Positions 45,689 to 54,857 of a stretch of DNA of 60,407 nucleotides are shown here, one piece after another. A program made the translations under genes and the position numbers. The stretch lies in the NCBI GenBank assembly GCA_002070735.1, contig MWDX01000003.1, forward strand, positions 1-60,407, given 5' to 3'. Below the pieces are notes generated by a model. It was not told the DNA's origin. It did not search any database and saw only the letters and a program-made list of their open reading frames with translations. Source of the stretch: Parcubacteria group bacterium ADurb.Bin115 (lineage in GTDB: Bacteria; Patescibacteriota; Patescibacteriia; Patescibacteriales; UBA12465). The first letter of the stretch is position 1, and every line of letters begins with the position of its first letter.

Positions 45689-47127
45689 TAAACAAATGGT
45701 AAATTATCAGGCACATTCTGTTTTTCTTCTTCCTTTATATGATTTTTACTCTCGCTCTGTGATTGACTAGTCGCGCTATGCAAAATTTCCACACTGAATG
45801 GTTCCAATAAGGGAGCGGCCATATCATTAACTATCGGCAAAGTAGAAGGGGCATCCGCTTTTCTGCCAGGAGCTTTCTGAATTAACGGCGCCTTGACATT
45901 AGCTTCTATCGGGAAATGCCATAGAGTTGCCAATTCCTCAATATTATATAAACCAGGATTGCGCCCCGCCGTATCTTCTCTGGCGATATAATTAGCCATA
46001 ATCGCATTCTTTTTGCGTAGCAGGCGCTTATCTTTATTAAAATAAGCAGTTTTAGTCATTGTCAATTTAACATCCGGCTTTAGATTGTTTAAATCAAGAG
46101 AAGCAAACTGTTTCATATAGCCAATTACACCGTTTACCACCTTATTCTTGTTCATTAAATCTTTACGAGCCACATAAACTACGCGAATTTTTGCCTCGAA
46201 AGATAGTTTTGCGGCTTTTAAATGGATGGCCTCTATCTGCCTCTTCTGCTTAGGTGTAAGTTCTTGCATTGATAAGCCCTTATCTTCGGTGGACTTGCTT
46301 TCAATATCGCCCCAGATACTATAAATAGCTTCGCTGATATTGCCCAGCCATTCCACAAATTTAGAAGCGGCACTTGATTGTTTTTTCTTCTTGCCTAAAA
46401 TTTTATCAACCACCTTATCCGTTTCTGCCACCCAATCAAAACCTATGGGAATAATCACCAGTTGCATCCATAACTGCTCGCCTTCCCGCAAAGAACTGCA
46501 CAAATCCATTAAAGATGCCATCGGATCTTTAAACTGCGTTTCCGATTCGCCAAAATTATGTTCAAATTCCTGATAAAGCTTAATGGGAAAGGCCCAATTG
46601 TTAGACTGTATGAATTCTGCCCCCCAAACATCATAATCCTCATCCGGAAAATGATGAGGAACAGTATCAACATAATCATCAACCTCGGAAATCTCGGCAT
46701 CAGGATATTGGGAATAGACAGACGTTTCAATTAAATCACGAAATTCAACGGGCGTCCTAATTAAAAATTGAGTATAACCCTCAATGCTAACAATTTCGTA
46801 ACTGAAGGAGACCTGAAATTTACCCTCAAACCATTTTTCAAAAAAATTAGTAGAACCATGAGCGCCGGCTAAATAGCTAAACATGTTCTCGGCGGCTTTA
46901 GGCGATTGTTCATTACCCTTCGGAATATCGATTGCCAGAAGGATAAATTGCAAATTCTTGGCCGCCCACTGAGATCTGATTTTTTGAAGATAAATTAAAG
47001 AGATGCCATATAACAAAACAGCGGCAATAACCATCCAGCCGATATTAATAAAAAATACCCACAGCATCTGATCAGCTGGCAAAGCGAAAAAGGCGTCCAA
47101 TCTGGAAGTATTAATCGTAATTTCCAT
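45688..47127 (-). CDS. membrane protein paralogous to the N-terminal domain of the 845-aa ATPase (no NTPase domain)
   Basis: It has one TM helix near the N-terminus. Collinear similarity to ORF 8547..11084 includes QYPDAEISEVDDY vs HYPEAVIEEIEDY and YNIEELATLWHFP vs LNTEELTSVFHLP. Confidence 0.7.
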   Translation of the reverse strand: MEITINTSRLDAFFALPADQMLWVFFINIGWMVIAAVLLYGISLIYLQKIRSQWAAKNLQFILLAIDIPKGNEQSPKAAENMFSYLAGAHGSTNFFEKWFEGKFQVSFSYEIVSIEGYTQFLIRTPVEFRDLIETSVYSQYPDAEISEVDDYVDTVPHHFPDEDYDVWGAEFIQSNNWAFPIKLYQEFEHNFGESETQFKDPMASLMDLCSSLREGEQLWMQLVIIPIGFDWVAETDKVVDKILGKKKKQSSAASKFVEWLGNISEAIYSIWGDIESKSTEDKGLSMQELTPKQKRQIEAIHLKAAKLSFEAKIRVVYVARKDLMNKNKVVNGVIGYMKQFASLDLNNLKPDVKLTMTKTAYFNKDKRLLRKKNAIMANYIAREDTAGRNPGLYNIEELATLWHFPIEANVKAPLIQKAPGRKADAPSTLPIVNDMAAPLLEPFSVEILHSATSQSQSESKNHIKEEEKQNVPDNLPFV

Positions 47128-47196
47128 AACAAAAGGCTAAACAACGACGTCATCTAAGGCGCCGGTAATTATATCAATATTTTAGCATAAATTTAA

Positions 47197-47230
47197 GAAA
47201 ACAAAAACCGCTGCAGCGAGCGCAACGGTT
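47197..47230 (-). terminator. rho-independent terminator after the sigma-region-4 protein gene
   Basis: On the minus strand, AACCG, loop, CGGTT is followed by TTTGTTTTCTT. Confidence 0.5.
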
Positions 47231-47268
47231 ATGAAATATTCTACAATTAATTCGCAATAATAAAGTCT

Positions 47269-48312
47269 TTAAGCATTTTGCCATTCTCTTAAACCATACA
47301 TTCCTCGACCGGTTAAGACATAGCGTTCATCAAGAATTAATTCATTATGAACAGTCGCTGGATTGGCATTCTTATGGTCAAATTTTATCTCATTAATTTT
47401 AGAAGCAATTTCTGTAAAATGAAGTGGCTTACCAGCATTCTTTAAGACTAAATAAATCTTATCATTAATGGTTTTCGGTTTAATTTCCTGCCAATCAGCC
47501 TTACCCCAATAACCAAATTTATTGCGCTCCAAATCTTTCAGCGCCTGCATTAAGGAGTATAAAGTCTTATTACTGTTGATAATCTCGGCCTTATCAGGAA
47601 AAATCTGACTTTTAAAAATCGGGGTGATGTCAGCGCTATTATTTGCCTCCAGCTTATCCTGATACTGGGAATAGGAATCCAGGCTCTTAAGCAATGACAG
47701 AACGCCTTCAGTATCAAACGTCTTATTCAAAGATTCAAGTTTTGATAATAAATCCTTAGATAATTTTTCAAAATGCTCTAAAGACTCTTCCTTAAGCTTA
47801 ACCGACGCATTAAAATTACTGGAGTCGGGCATTAAATCAAAATCATCATCAAGAAGTTTGGATAAGATAAAATTAAAACGATTTTTGTAAACCTGCCTAT
47901 TCTTTTCATATTCAGCGCTATTAATGTCGACATCATTGTTCATTTCTAAACTCATCACGGTTAAAATATCAAGTAAAAAATCGCGTCTCAATAAACCACC
48001 ATGCTCCTTTAATAACTCCTCAACTACACTCTTTAAAGTCACTAGATAATTACTTAAATTATCCAAACGTTTGATTTTTTTGATGCTTGCGTTTTCAATC
48101 TGGCGAACCCTTTCCCGAGTCAGTTTATGAAGCTGACCAATCTTCTCCAATGTTTCATTTTTATCACCATTTAAACCAAAACGCCTAGTCAAAATATCAC
48201 GCTCTCTGTCCATTAAGTCGGAGAACAAACTATTGACTATTTGAATCGCATTCAATTTAGATAATTCCTCACTACGCTTATCGCGCACAATGCTTTCTAA
48301 AAAATTATCCAT
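47269..48312 (-). CDS. DNA-binding protein with sigma-70 region 4 HTH (N-terminal) and HARE-HTH-like domain (C-terminal)
   Basis: ETLEKIGQLHKLTRERVRQIENASIKKIK matches the sigma region 4.2 signature. The C-terminus (IYLVLKNAGKPLHFTEIA...DERYVLTGRGMYGLREW) resembles the RNAP delta/HARE-HTH fold. Regions 2 and 3 are absent. Confidence 0.75.
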   Translation of the reverse strand: MDNFLESIVRDKRSEELSKLNAIQIVNSLFSDLMDRERDILTRRFGLNGDKNETLEKIGQLHKLTRERVRQIENASIKKIKRLDNLSNYLVTLKSVVEELLKEHGGLLRRDFLLDILTVMSLEMNNDVDINSAEYEKNRQVYKNRFNFILSKLLDDDFDLMPDSSNFNASVKLKEESLEHFEKLSKDLLSKLESLNKTFDTEGVLSLLKSLDSYSQYQDKLEANNSADITPIFKSQIFPDKAEIINSNKTLYSLMQALKDLERNKFGYWGKADWQEIKPKTINDKIYLVLKNAGKPLHFTEIASKINEIKFDHKNANPATVHNELILDERYVLTGRGMYGLREWQNA

Positions 48313-48389
48313 ATAAACAAAAATATAGACTCGCTATACTATTTTAATCTTAATAATTTTATAAAATTAATCTATCATAATATTTTATA

Positions 48390-49358
48390 TTAGTCAATGC
48401 TTCGATTTATACTGCGATTTACACCCCAAAACTTAAAATAGGTTTTTAAGAGAAATGGGGCGAATATTAAAGAAAATAACCCCATAAAGATAACCTTTAC
48501 AACAATTAAAAAACGGGAAAAATAACTTTCAAAATGAAAATATTTAACAAAAATTAGATTCTGATTAGCAAAAGACCAGGAACGAGTCAGCCGGCTCCTT
48601 TTTTGCCAATGCCGCCAAGTCTGCCATAAATTTTCCTGACCAGCACTACTCCGATCATGATAAGCGATGGCGTCTGGCACCAACACTGTCTTCTGACCAG
48701 CTCGAAACAAGCGATAAGCAAGGTCGCAATCCTCCTTATACATAAAAAAACGCTCATCAAAATATTTACCGTCCACTGTCACTTTTTCCAAAGAACTGAT
48801 GCGAAAAAGAGCCGCTGCTCCCGATGGACCAATAATTTCAGTTCTATCATATTGCCCCTTATCTTCTTTCCCTTGCCCGAGATCATAAAAACGCAAACCC
48901 GGCGCCAAGCCTATACCGCAAGAATCAATGATCTTAGTTAAACGTTTACCCCTAAAATCCCAACGATATATTTTAGGACAAACTGCGGCTAAATCTGTTC
49001 GCTTCGCCAAAACAGATAATAAGCGCGCAATCATATTCTCGGTCAGCAACATGTCGGGATTAATCATTAAAAAATAATCTGCCCCCACCCCTTTAGCAGC
49101 GATAATTAAACGATTATAAGCGGCGGCAAAACCTAAATTTTTATCAAAAGCCAATAGTTTAATAGGAAAAGAAGCCTTTAAATTATGACGAAATAATAAT
49201 TCTTGATTGACAAAAGGCGCGCGGTCGCTATTATCGCCAGCAAAAACAAAAATTTCAGCGTCAAGACGTATTAAAGCCGCCTCTAAACTCTTTAAAAACT
49301 CCGGCAAGTAAGGAGCGGAACTGTCATTGTAACATAAAAAGGCAACGGCTAATTTCAT
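48390..49358 (-). CDS. GT2-family glycosyltransferase (rhamnosyltransferase-like)
   Basis: It has a GT-A N-domain with DNSD and a DxD-like EDCD motif, plus a C-terminal hydrophobic tail. Confidence 0.85.
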   Translation of the reverse strand: MKLAVAFLCYNDSSAPYLPEFLKSLEAALIRLDAEIFVFAGDNSDRAPFVNQELLFRHNLKASFPIKLLAFDKNLGFAAAYNRLIIAAKGVGADYFLMINPDMLLTENMIARLLSVLAKRTDLAAVCPKIYRWDFRGKRLTKIIDSCGIGLAPGLRFYDLGQGKEDKGQYDRTEIIGPSGAAALFRISSLEKVTVDGKYFDERFFMYKEDCDLAYRLFRAGQKTVLVPDAIAYHDRSSAGQENLWQTWRHWQKRSRLTRSWSFANQNLIFVKYFHFESYFSRFLIVVKVIFMGLFSLIFAPFLLKTYFKFWGVNRSINRSID

Positions 49359-49382
49359 ATAAATACAAGGTGACTGGAAAAT

Positions 49383-50108
49383 TTAAATGGACATCTTAGC
49401 GTCCAACTTTTCCTTGGCAAATAATTGCGCCTTGAGTAAGCTGTCAAAAGTACCGGCGTCCAACCATTCTCCCTCCACCATTGCCACCTCCAGCTCGCCT
49501 TTGGCTAGGTACCAATTATTTAAATCTGTAATCTCTAATTCGCCGCGAGCACTTGGTTTTAAATTTTTAGCCACCTCGACCACACGATGGTCATAAACAT
49601 AAAGACCGGTAACCGCGTAATTACTTAAGTAATTAGTCGGTTTTTCAATAATTTTTTCCGCCTTCATTTTGTCGTCGAATTTAACGACGCCAAAACGCTC
49701 CGGGTCAGGTACATATTTAGCAAATACTTTAGCGCCACTCTTAAAATTAGAAATATCATCGGCAAAATTATCTTCAAAAATATTATCGCCCAAAATCATC
49801 ACCACGTTCTCCCCTTGAATAAATTTTTCACCAATAATAAAAGCTTGAGCTAATCCTTCGGGCTTATCTTGAATTTCATAGGTAAATTTTACACCAAATT
49901 CCCGGCCACTACCTAGTAAATTAAGATAATCGCCCGCTCTTTCCGGAGAAACAATAATAAGAATTTCTTTAATACCGGCTTTAATTAAAGTGTCCAAAGG
50001 ATAATAAATCATTGGCCGATTATAAATCGGTAACAACTGCTTACTGGTAATTTTGGTTAATGGGCGTAAGCGGGTGCCACTGCCTCCCGATAAAATAATT
50101 CCACGCAT
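49383..50108 (-). CDS. rfbA: sugar-1-phosphate nucleotidyltransferase (glucose-1-phosphate thymidylyltransferase-like, short form)
   Basis: It carries MRGIILSGGSGTRLRPLT and lies adjacent to rfbD. Confidence 0.85.
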   Translation of the reverse strand: MRGIILSGGSGTRLRPLTKITSKQLLPIYNRPMIYYPLDTLIKAGIKEILIIVSPERAGDYLNLLGSGREFGVKFTYEIQDKPEGLAQAFIIGEKFIQGENVVMILGDNIFEDNFADDISNFKSGAKVFAKYVPDPERFGVVKFDDKMKAEKIIEKPTNYLSNYAVTGLYVYDHRVVEVAKNLKPSARGELEITDLNNWYLAKGELEVAMVEGEWLDAGTFDSLLKAQLFAKEKLDAKMSI

Positions 50109-50125
50109 AAATATATTTGACTTAA

Positions 50126-51001
50126 TTATTTCTTCAAACCTAAATAAAATAAATATTCGTCTAAAGCTTCAGTCCAAGGGCGCAAAGACGGACGGCGATG
50201 ATTAGCTAAAGCTGAATATTGAGGGCGAACAGCCGGACGAGGCCAGTCTGCCGACGCCAATGCCTGCAAATTAACGGTAGCGCCGATAGCCTGAAAAAGA
50301 TAATTAGCGCCATCATACCAAGTCGCCTCGCCTGAATTACACAAGTGATATATTCCCCGCGCTGGTCGATCTGTTACTAAACTCTTGGTGGCAATCGCTA
50401 AATCGGGAGTATAGGTAAAACAACTCCTCTCCCCATCAATCGCTTTGATTGTTTCCTTTTCCAAGGATAAAGTAATCATGATATCAAAAAAACTGGGCTT
50501 TACTTGCGGACTTTCTCCTTTTGGTCCGAATAATTTAGAAGTGCGAATTAAATAATAATCTAAACCGTTTAGCGCCCTTCTGGCGATTTCTTGTTCGCCA
50601 GCAAATTTGGTACGTCCATAAACATTTAAGGGTGAAGGCTTATCTGTTTCCTGATAAGGACCGCTTAAGCGTCCGTCTCCACCAAAAACATAATCGGTTG
50701 AATAATGGATGAGTAGAGTTTGACTACTCAAGCAATAATCAGACAAAACCCCTGGAAGTTCAGTATTTAAACGCCTAGCCAGCATCGCCTCAGCTTCGTT
50801 CTCTTCGCATTTATCAACGGCATTATAGGCGGCGGCATTAATAATAACGCTTGGAGATAGAGTATGTAAACGCTTGGATAATTCTTCAAAATTTAAAAAA
50901 TCAAAATCAAGCCTGTCCCAAGCTTGACAATCTTGGTTGGAAAAAACCTTTTTTAGCTGACCGCCGAGATTGCCGGCGGCGCCAAGAATAAGAATAGACA
51001 T
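50126..51001 (-). CDS. rfbD: dTDP-4-dehydrorhamnose reductase
   Basis: It has the Rossmann motif ILILGAAGNLG and YGRTK (YxxxK), with RmlD-like length. Confidence 0.88.
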   Translation of the reverse strand: MSILILGAAGNLGGQLKKVFSNQDCQAWDRLDFDFLNFEELSKRLHTLSPSVIINAAAYNAVDKCEENEAEAMLARRLNTELPGVLSDYCLSSQTLLIHYSTDYVFGGDGRLSGPYQETDKPSPLNVYGRTKFAGEQEIARRALNGLDYYLIRTSKLFGPKGESPQVKPSFFDIMITLSLEKETIKAIDGERSCFTYTPDLAIATKSLVTDRPARGIYHLCNSGEATWYDGANYLFQAIGATVNLQALASADWPRPAVRPQYSALANHRRPSLRPWTEALDEYLFYLGLKK

Positions 51002-51030
51002 AATTTGAGTATAGCCTAGTAGTCCGAAAA

Positions 51031-51059
51031 ATCAAGCAAAAAGCGCCGTCATGGCGCTT
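51031..51059 (-). terminator. rho-independent terminator after murF
   Basis: On the minus strand, AAGCGCC, a 5-nt loop, GGCGCTT is followed by TTTGCTTGATTTTT. Confidence 0.6.
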
Positions 51060-51072
51060 AATTAAGAAAAAA

Positions 51073-52359
51073 CTAATTCTGCCAGCCTGGTCCCTGCCGG
51101 ACAAGTAATTCCTCCGCTTTATCCGGTTCGGCCATTAATTCTTTAGTCACCCTTTCCATTCTTGTCCCCTGAGAGCCTTTAATCAACACGACATCGCCTT
51201 CATGCAAGCGTTCCTGAACAAATCGCCCCGCCGTGGCCGAATCATCAAAATGAAAAATAAAGTCACTACTCATTCCCGCTTCTTTGGCCCCGCGATCAAT
51301 ATCGCGAGAACGTTCACCTACGCTCACCAGATAGTTAATCCCCTGCTCAAATAAAGTACGACCGACCAAAGCATGACCCTCTTCGCTATAAGCGCCGATT
51401 TCCAACATGTCTCCTAAAACTGCGTATTTACTGGCAGCGCCGTCTATCTTGATCTGGCCTAAAACCTTTAAGGCGGATAGGCACGCTTCAGGGGAAGAAT
51501 TATAACTGTCATCAATCAAAAAAGTATGTTTAATGCCTGGTAGAAGCTGCATCCTCCCGGCCGGTAAGCGTAAATTGCGCAAAGCCGAAGCAATTTCCAT
51601 CAAATTTAAACCGAAATGCAGTGCCACCGCGGTGGCAGCCAAAGCGGCATAAACACCCCCTTCCCCTATAATATTAGGCATTTCCACAGGAACAATATTG
51701 CCTTCATAATTGAGTTTAAAATTTAAACCAGCAATATCATAAGACGCTCCTTGGTAACGATAGTGTAAATCTTGAGCAACGATATCGGCGCCAGGTAAAA
51801 GACCGAAAGAAAGAACCCGCGCCGGACTGACCTCGGCCATTGAACGGGCAGCTTCATTATCATAATTAAGAATACTTAAACCCTTGCGAGCGACTCTTTC
51901 TATTAAAATCTGCTTCTCCTTCTTGATATTTTGGAAACTACCAAAATATTCTAAATGAGAATAACTGACAGCAGTAATGACGCCGACTGTCGGCGGAGCC
52001 AAGCGCGTCAGATAATCCATATCGCCAGGCCGGTCAATACCCATTTCTAAAATGAGAATTTTAGGATAAGACAAATCGCGCCGGAAATACAAAAGCCAAG
52101 CGCGCCCAAATACCCGTAACCAGCCAACGAAAGATGAACCAGGGGACTCCGCTCCGATTATAGTCAAAGGCACGCCAATTTCGTTATTATAATTTTTAAT
52201 ACTCGTTCGCACCGCTAACCGACCCGACAAAACCTGAAAAATAGCTTCTTTGGCGCTAGTCTTGCCGATAGACCCGGAAATGGCGACTATTTCCGGACGA
52301 TATTTTTTTAAAATTAGTCGGCTTAAAAATCTTAATTTTAACTGCAAAAGCTTCTTCAT
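51073..52359 (-). CDS. murF: UDP-N-acetylmuramoyl-tripeptide--D-alanyl-D-alanine ligase
   Basis: It has a Mur ligase P-loop (ISGSIGKTSAKE), a central domain and a DDSYNSSPEA motif. Confidence 0.92.
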   Translation of the reverse strand: MKKLLQLKLRFLSRLILKKYRPEIVAISGSIGKTSAKEAIFQVLSGRLAVRTSIKNYNNEIGVPLTIIGAESPGSSFVGWLRVFGRAWLLYFRRDLSYPKILILEMGIDRPGDMDYLTRLAPPTVGVITAVSYSHLEYFGSFQNIKKEKQILIERVARKGLSILNYDNEAARSMAEVSPARVLSFGLLPGADIVAQDLHYRYQGASYDIAGLNFKLNYEGNIVPVEMPNIIGEGGVYAALAATAVALHFGLNLMEIASALRNLRLPAGRMQLLPGIKHTFLIDDSYNSSPEACLSALKVLGQIKIDGAASKYAVLGDMLEIGAYSEEGHALVGRTLFEQGINYLVSVGERSRDIDRGAKEAGMSSDFIFHFDDSATAGRFVQERLHEGDVVLIKGSQGTRMERVTKELMAEPDKAEELLVRQGPGWQN

Positions 52360-52377
52360 ATATTTTAAGAGGATATT

Positions 52378-54453
52378 TTACTTTCTCGTCTTCGGTATTT
52401 GATAATACTTCAAAAGAAAATCGGCAATATCATGCCACAGAGGCACAGCGGTACTCTCCGCATAAGCCGCCCCCTTGGGCGCGTCAATCTTCGTGAGCAT
52501 GACAATTTGAGGATTATCTATCGGCACGATACCGATAAAGGTATGAATAAATTTATCCGTACTATAACCCCCGGAAGTGGCAACCTGAGCGGTACCGGTT
52601 TTTCCGCCAATATAGTAACCAGGAATTTTCGCCCCTTTAGCATGCCCGCTTTCAACAACATTGACTAACATTGCCAAAATAGTATTAGCGGTCTGTTCGG
52701 AAACCACTTGACGAAGAGGATGCGGTTTAAATTCATCGACTTGTCCGTTGCTATGCCTTATTTCTTGAACTATATAAGGCTTCATTAATTCTCCCTGATT
52801 AGCTAAAGCTTGATAGGACATGAGCATCTGTAAAGGGGTTACGGCAATACCCTGACCGAAAGAAGCGGTAGCCGCGTCTATTTCCCTAATGTTATTTTTC
52901 AGTAGATTATCAATATTGCCAGCGCTTTCGGAACCAAGTTCAATGCCGCTTTTCTCGCCGAAACCGAAATTTTTGACATAATCAGCAAAAGTCTTAGCTC
53001 CAATCTGACGCATCGCAAAAATAGCCCCTGTGTTTAAAGAGTTTTCTAAAACCGCATTCATATCAACAACGCCATGAGCGCCTTTCGTGCTAAAATCAGA
53101 ATTACTAATCGGTTTTGGCCAACCCTTAATCATAATTTGTCCTTCATCCTTATAGGTGGTACTGGGCTTAACCTTGCCTTGATCAATGGCGGCGGCCATA
53201 GTGATGACTTTAAAAACGGAGCCAGGCTCATATTGATAAATAATAGCCGGATTGTTGTAAACCTTAATATCGCTGACGTCTTTATAATTGTTTGGGTTAA
53301 AATTGGGCACGGAGCACATCGCCAAAATAGCGCCAGTCTTAGCATTAACAGCAATCACACTGCCGCCTTCAGCTTTAAATTTAGCTACGGCCTCCTCTAA
53401 ATAAGAACAAGCCTGAAATTGAACGCTTCTATCCATGGTTAAAATTAAATCACTGCCATCTTCCGGTCGAGTATATTCGCGATCATTAACAATAATAGTA
53501 TTACTGACACCGCGCTCCCCTTTAAGATAGCCAGCTCTGCCTGCCAATTCGTCATTAAAAAACTCTTCCAAGCCATAACGACCAGAGACCTTATCATTAG
53601 CCATACCGACAAAACCGACGATATGGGACGCCATATTATTTTCTGGATAGAAACGATAGCTCTGCAGATTAAACGCGATACCTTCTATTTTTAACTCCTC
53701 CCCGCTCTCTTTGAATACAACTTTATCCAGCCGCCTCTCCAAATCAGAAGCCGCTACCGGGCGCTCTGTCGAACTGCTTAAAAAAGCATATAAAGACAAA
53801 AGTGTGTTGTCATCTAATTTCTCGCGCAAAGGCTCATAAGGATCACCCGGCTTATCGAGTTTTTTTAAATAAGCAGCGATAGCTTCTTCCCGCTTCTCTT
53901 TAATTAATCTTTCTAAAAGTATTTCCTGCATCTCCTGCCAATCGGCCTTATCTTTTTTAGCCAACGCTAAATCTTGAGCGGCCTTAATTCTAGCAGCTTT
54001 ATCTTCAGCGCTATATTCGGAAGCATTAATAAAATCTATTTCTTTTTGTAAATTATTTTTTAACTCCGCTTCTAGTTCCCTCTTAGCCTTGGCTTCCAAT
54101 TCTGGTTTATCAAAAAAATCGAACAGCTTATCCGCTAAATCCTGAGGATTTTTAATATCTTTCGGCACGGCATAAAGAAAAGAAAAATCTTTATTGGTCG
54201 CCAAAGGATATAGCTGATCCTGCCCGTTTAATTTTTCATGAAGCATAATTTTCCCTCTTACCGGCTGAAGTAAGCTGGAAATCTGATGCTGTCCGGACGC
54301 CAGCGCGGCATACCAGTCGCCCTGAGAAACTTGTAAAAAATATAAACGATAAACAATCGCTGCCAACAATAAAAAAATAAGCGCCGCAAAGAGGCGCAAA
54401 CGCGGATTAATACTACTTATAGTCGGGCTTTTCTGACGATAATCCCTCCACAT
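52378..54453 (-). CDS. ftsI: penicillin-binding protein (class B transpeptidase, FtsI/PBP2-type)
   Basis: It has a TM anchor and the motifs SVFK (SxxK), SNS (SxN) and KTGT. Confidence 0.92.
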   Translation of the reverse strand: MWRDYRQKSPTISSINPRLRLFAALIFLLLAAIVYRLYFLQVSQGDWYAALASGQHQISSLLQPVRGKIMLHEKLNGQDQLYPLATNKDFSFLYAVPKDIKNPQDLADKLFDFFDKPELEAKAKRELEAELKNNLQKEIDFINASEYSAEDKAARIKAAQDLALAKKDKADWQEMQEILLERLIKEKREEAIAAYLKKLDKPGDPYEPLREKLDDNTLLSLYAFLSSSTERPVAASDLERRLDKVVFKESGEELKIEGIAFNLQSYRFYPENNMASHIVGFVGMANDKVSGRYGLEEFFNDELAGRAGYLKGERGVSNTIIVNDREYTRPEDGSDLILTMDRSVQFQACSYLEEAVAKFKAEGGSVIAVNAKTGAILAMCSVPNFNPNNYKDVSDIKVYNNPAIIYQYEPGSVFKVITMAAAIDQGKVKPSTTYKDEGQIMIKGWPKPISNSDFSTKGAHGVVDMNAVLENSLNTGAIFAMRQIGAKTFADYVKNFGFGEKSGIELGSESAGNIDNLLKNNIREIDAATASFGQGIAVTPLQMLMSYQALANQGELMKPYIVQEIRHSNGQVDEFKPHPLRQVVSEQTANTILAMLVNVVESGHAKGAKIPGYYIGGKTGTAQVATSGGYSTDKFIHTFIGIVPIDNPQIVMLTKIDAPKGAAYAESTAVPLWHDIADFLLKYYQIPKTRK

Positions 54454-54467
54454 AAGAAAGATGAGAA

Positions 54468-54803
54468 TTATTTTTTAGCTACCGCTGGCGCTTTTGAGGA
54501 AAGATAGACCACATCTTCAACCGCCACCATATTCAATCCTTGCAGGCGGGGAGAGATGGAAGCATATGATTGTAATCCTAAAACTTTTGTCTGCAAATCC
54601 TGATTAGCCTCCATCAACATCTGTTGTTGGTTTTTTAAATCCTTAAGAACGAAGCCTTTAACCGTCAAATCATTAATGCCGACTAAATAAACCACCCCCA
54701 AGACGACACAAGCGATACTTAAAAAAATATTAAGCGTCCGCCAAGAAAAATTTTTCTTGGCTGTCTGCTGGCGTTTTGGATTATTAACTGAGCGAATAAT
54801 CAT
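54468..54803 (-). CDS. ftsL: FtsL-like small bitopic cell-division protein
   Basis: It has 111 aa and one TM helix followed by a coiled coil. It sits between rsmH and ftsI. Confidence 0.65.
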   Translation of the reverse strand: MIIRSVNNPKRQQTAKKNFSWRTLNIFLSIACVVLGVVYLVGINDLTVKGFVLKDLKNQQQMLMEANQDLQTKVLGLQSYASISPRLQGLNMVAVEDVVYLSSKAPAVAKK

Positions 54804-54857
54804 ACTGATAGTTGCTTAAAATTAAAGCCAAAGGCTATAAATATATAAATTTGAAAA

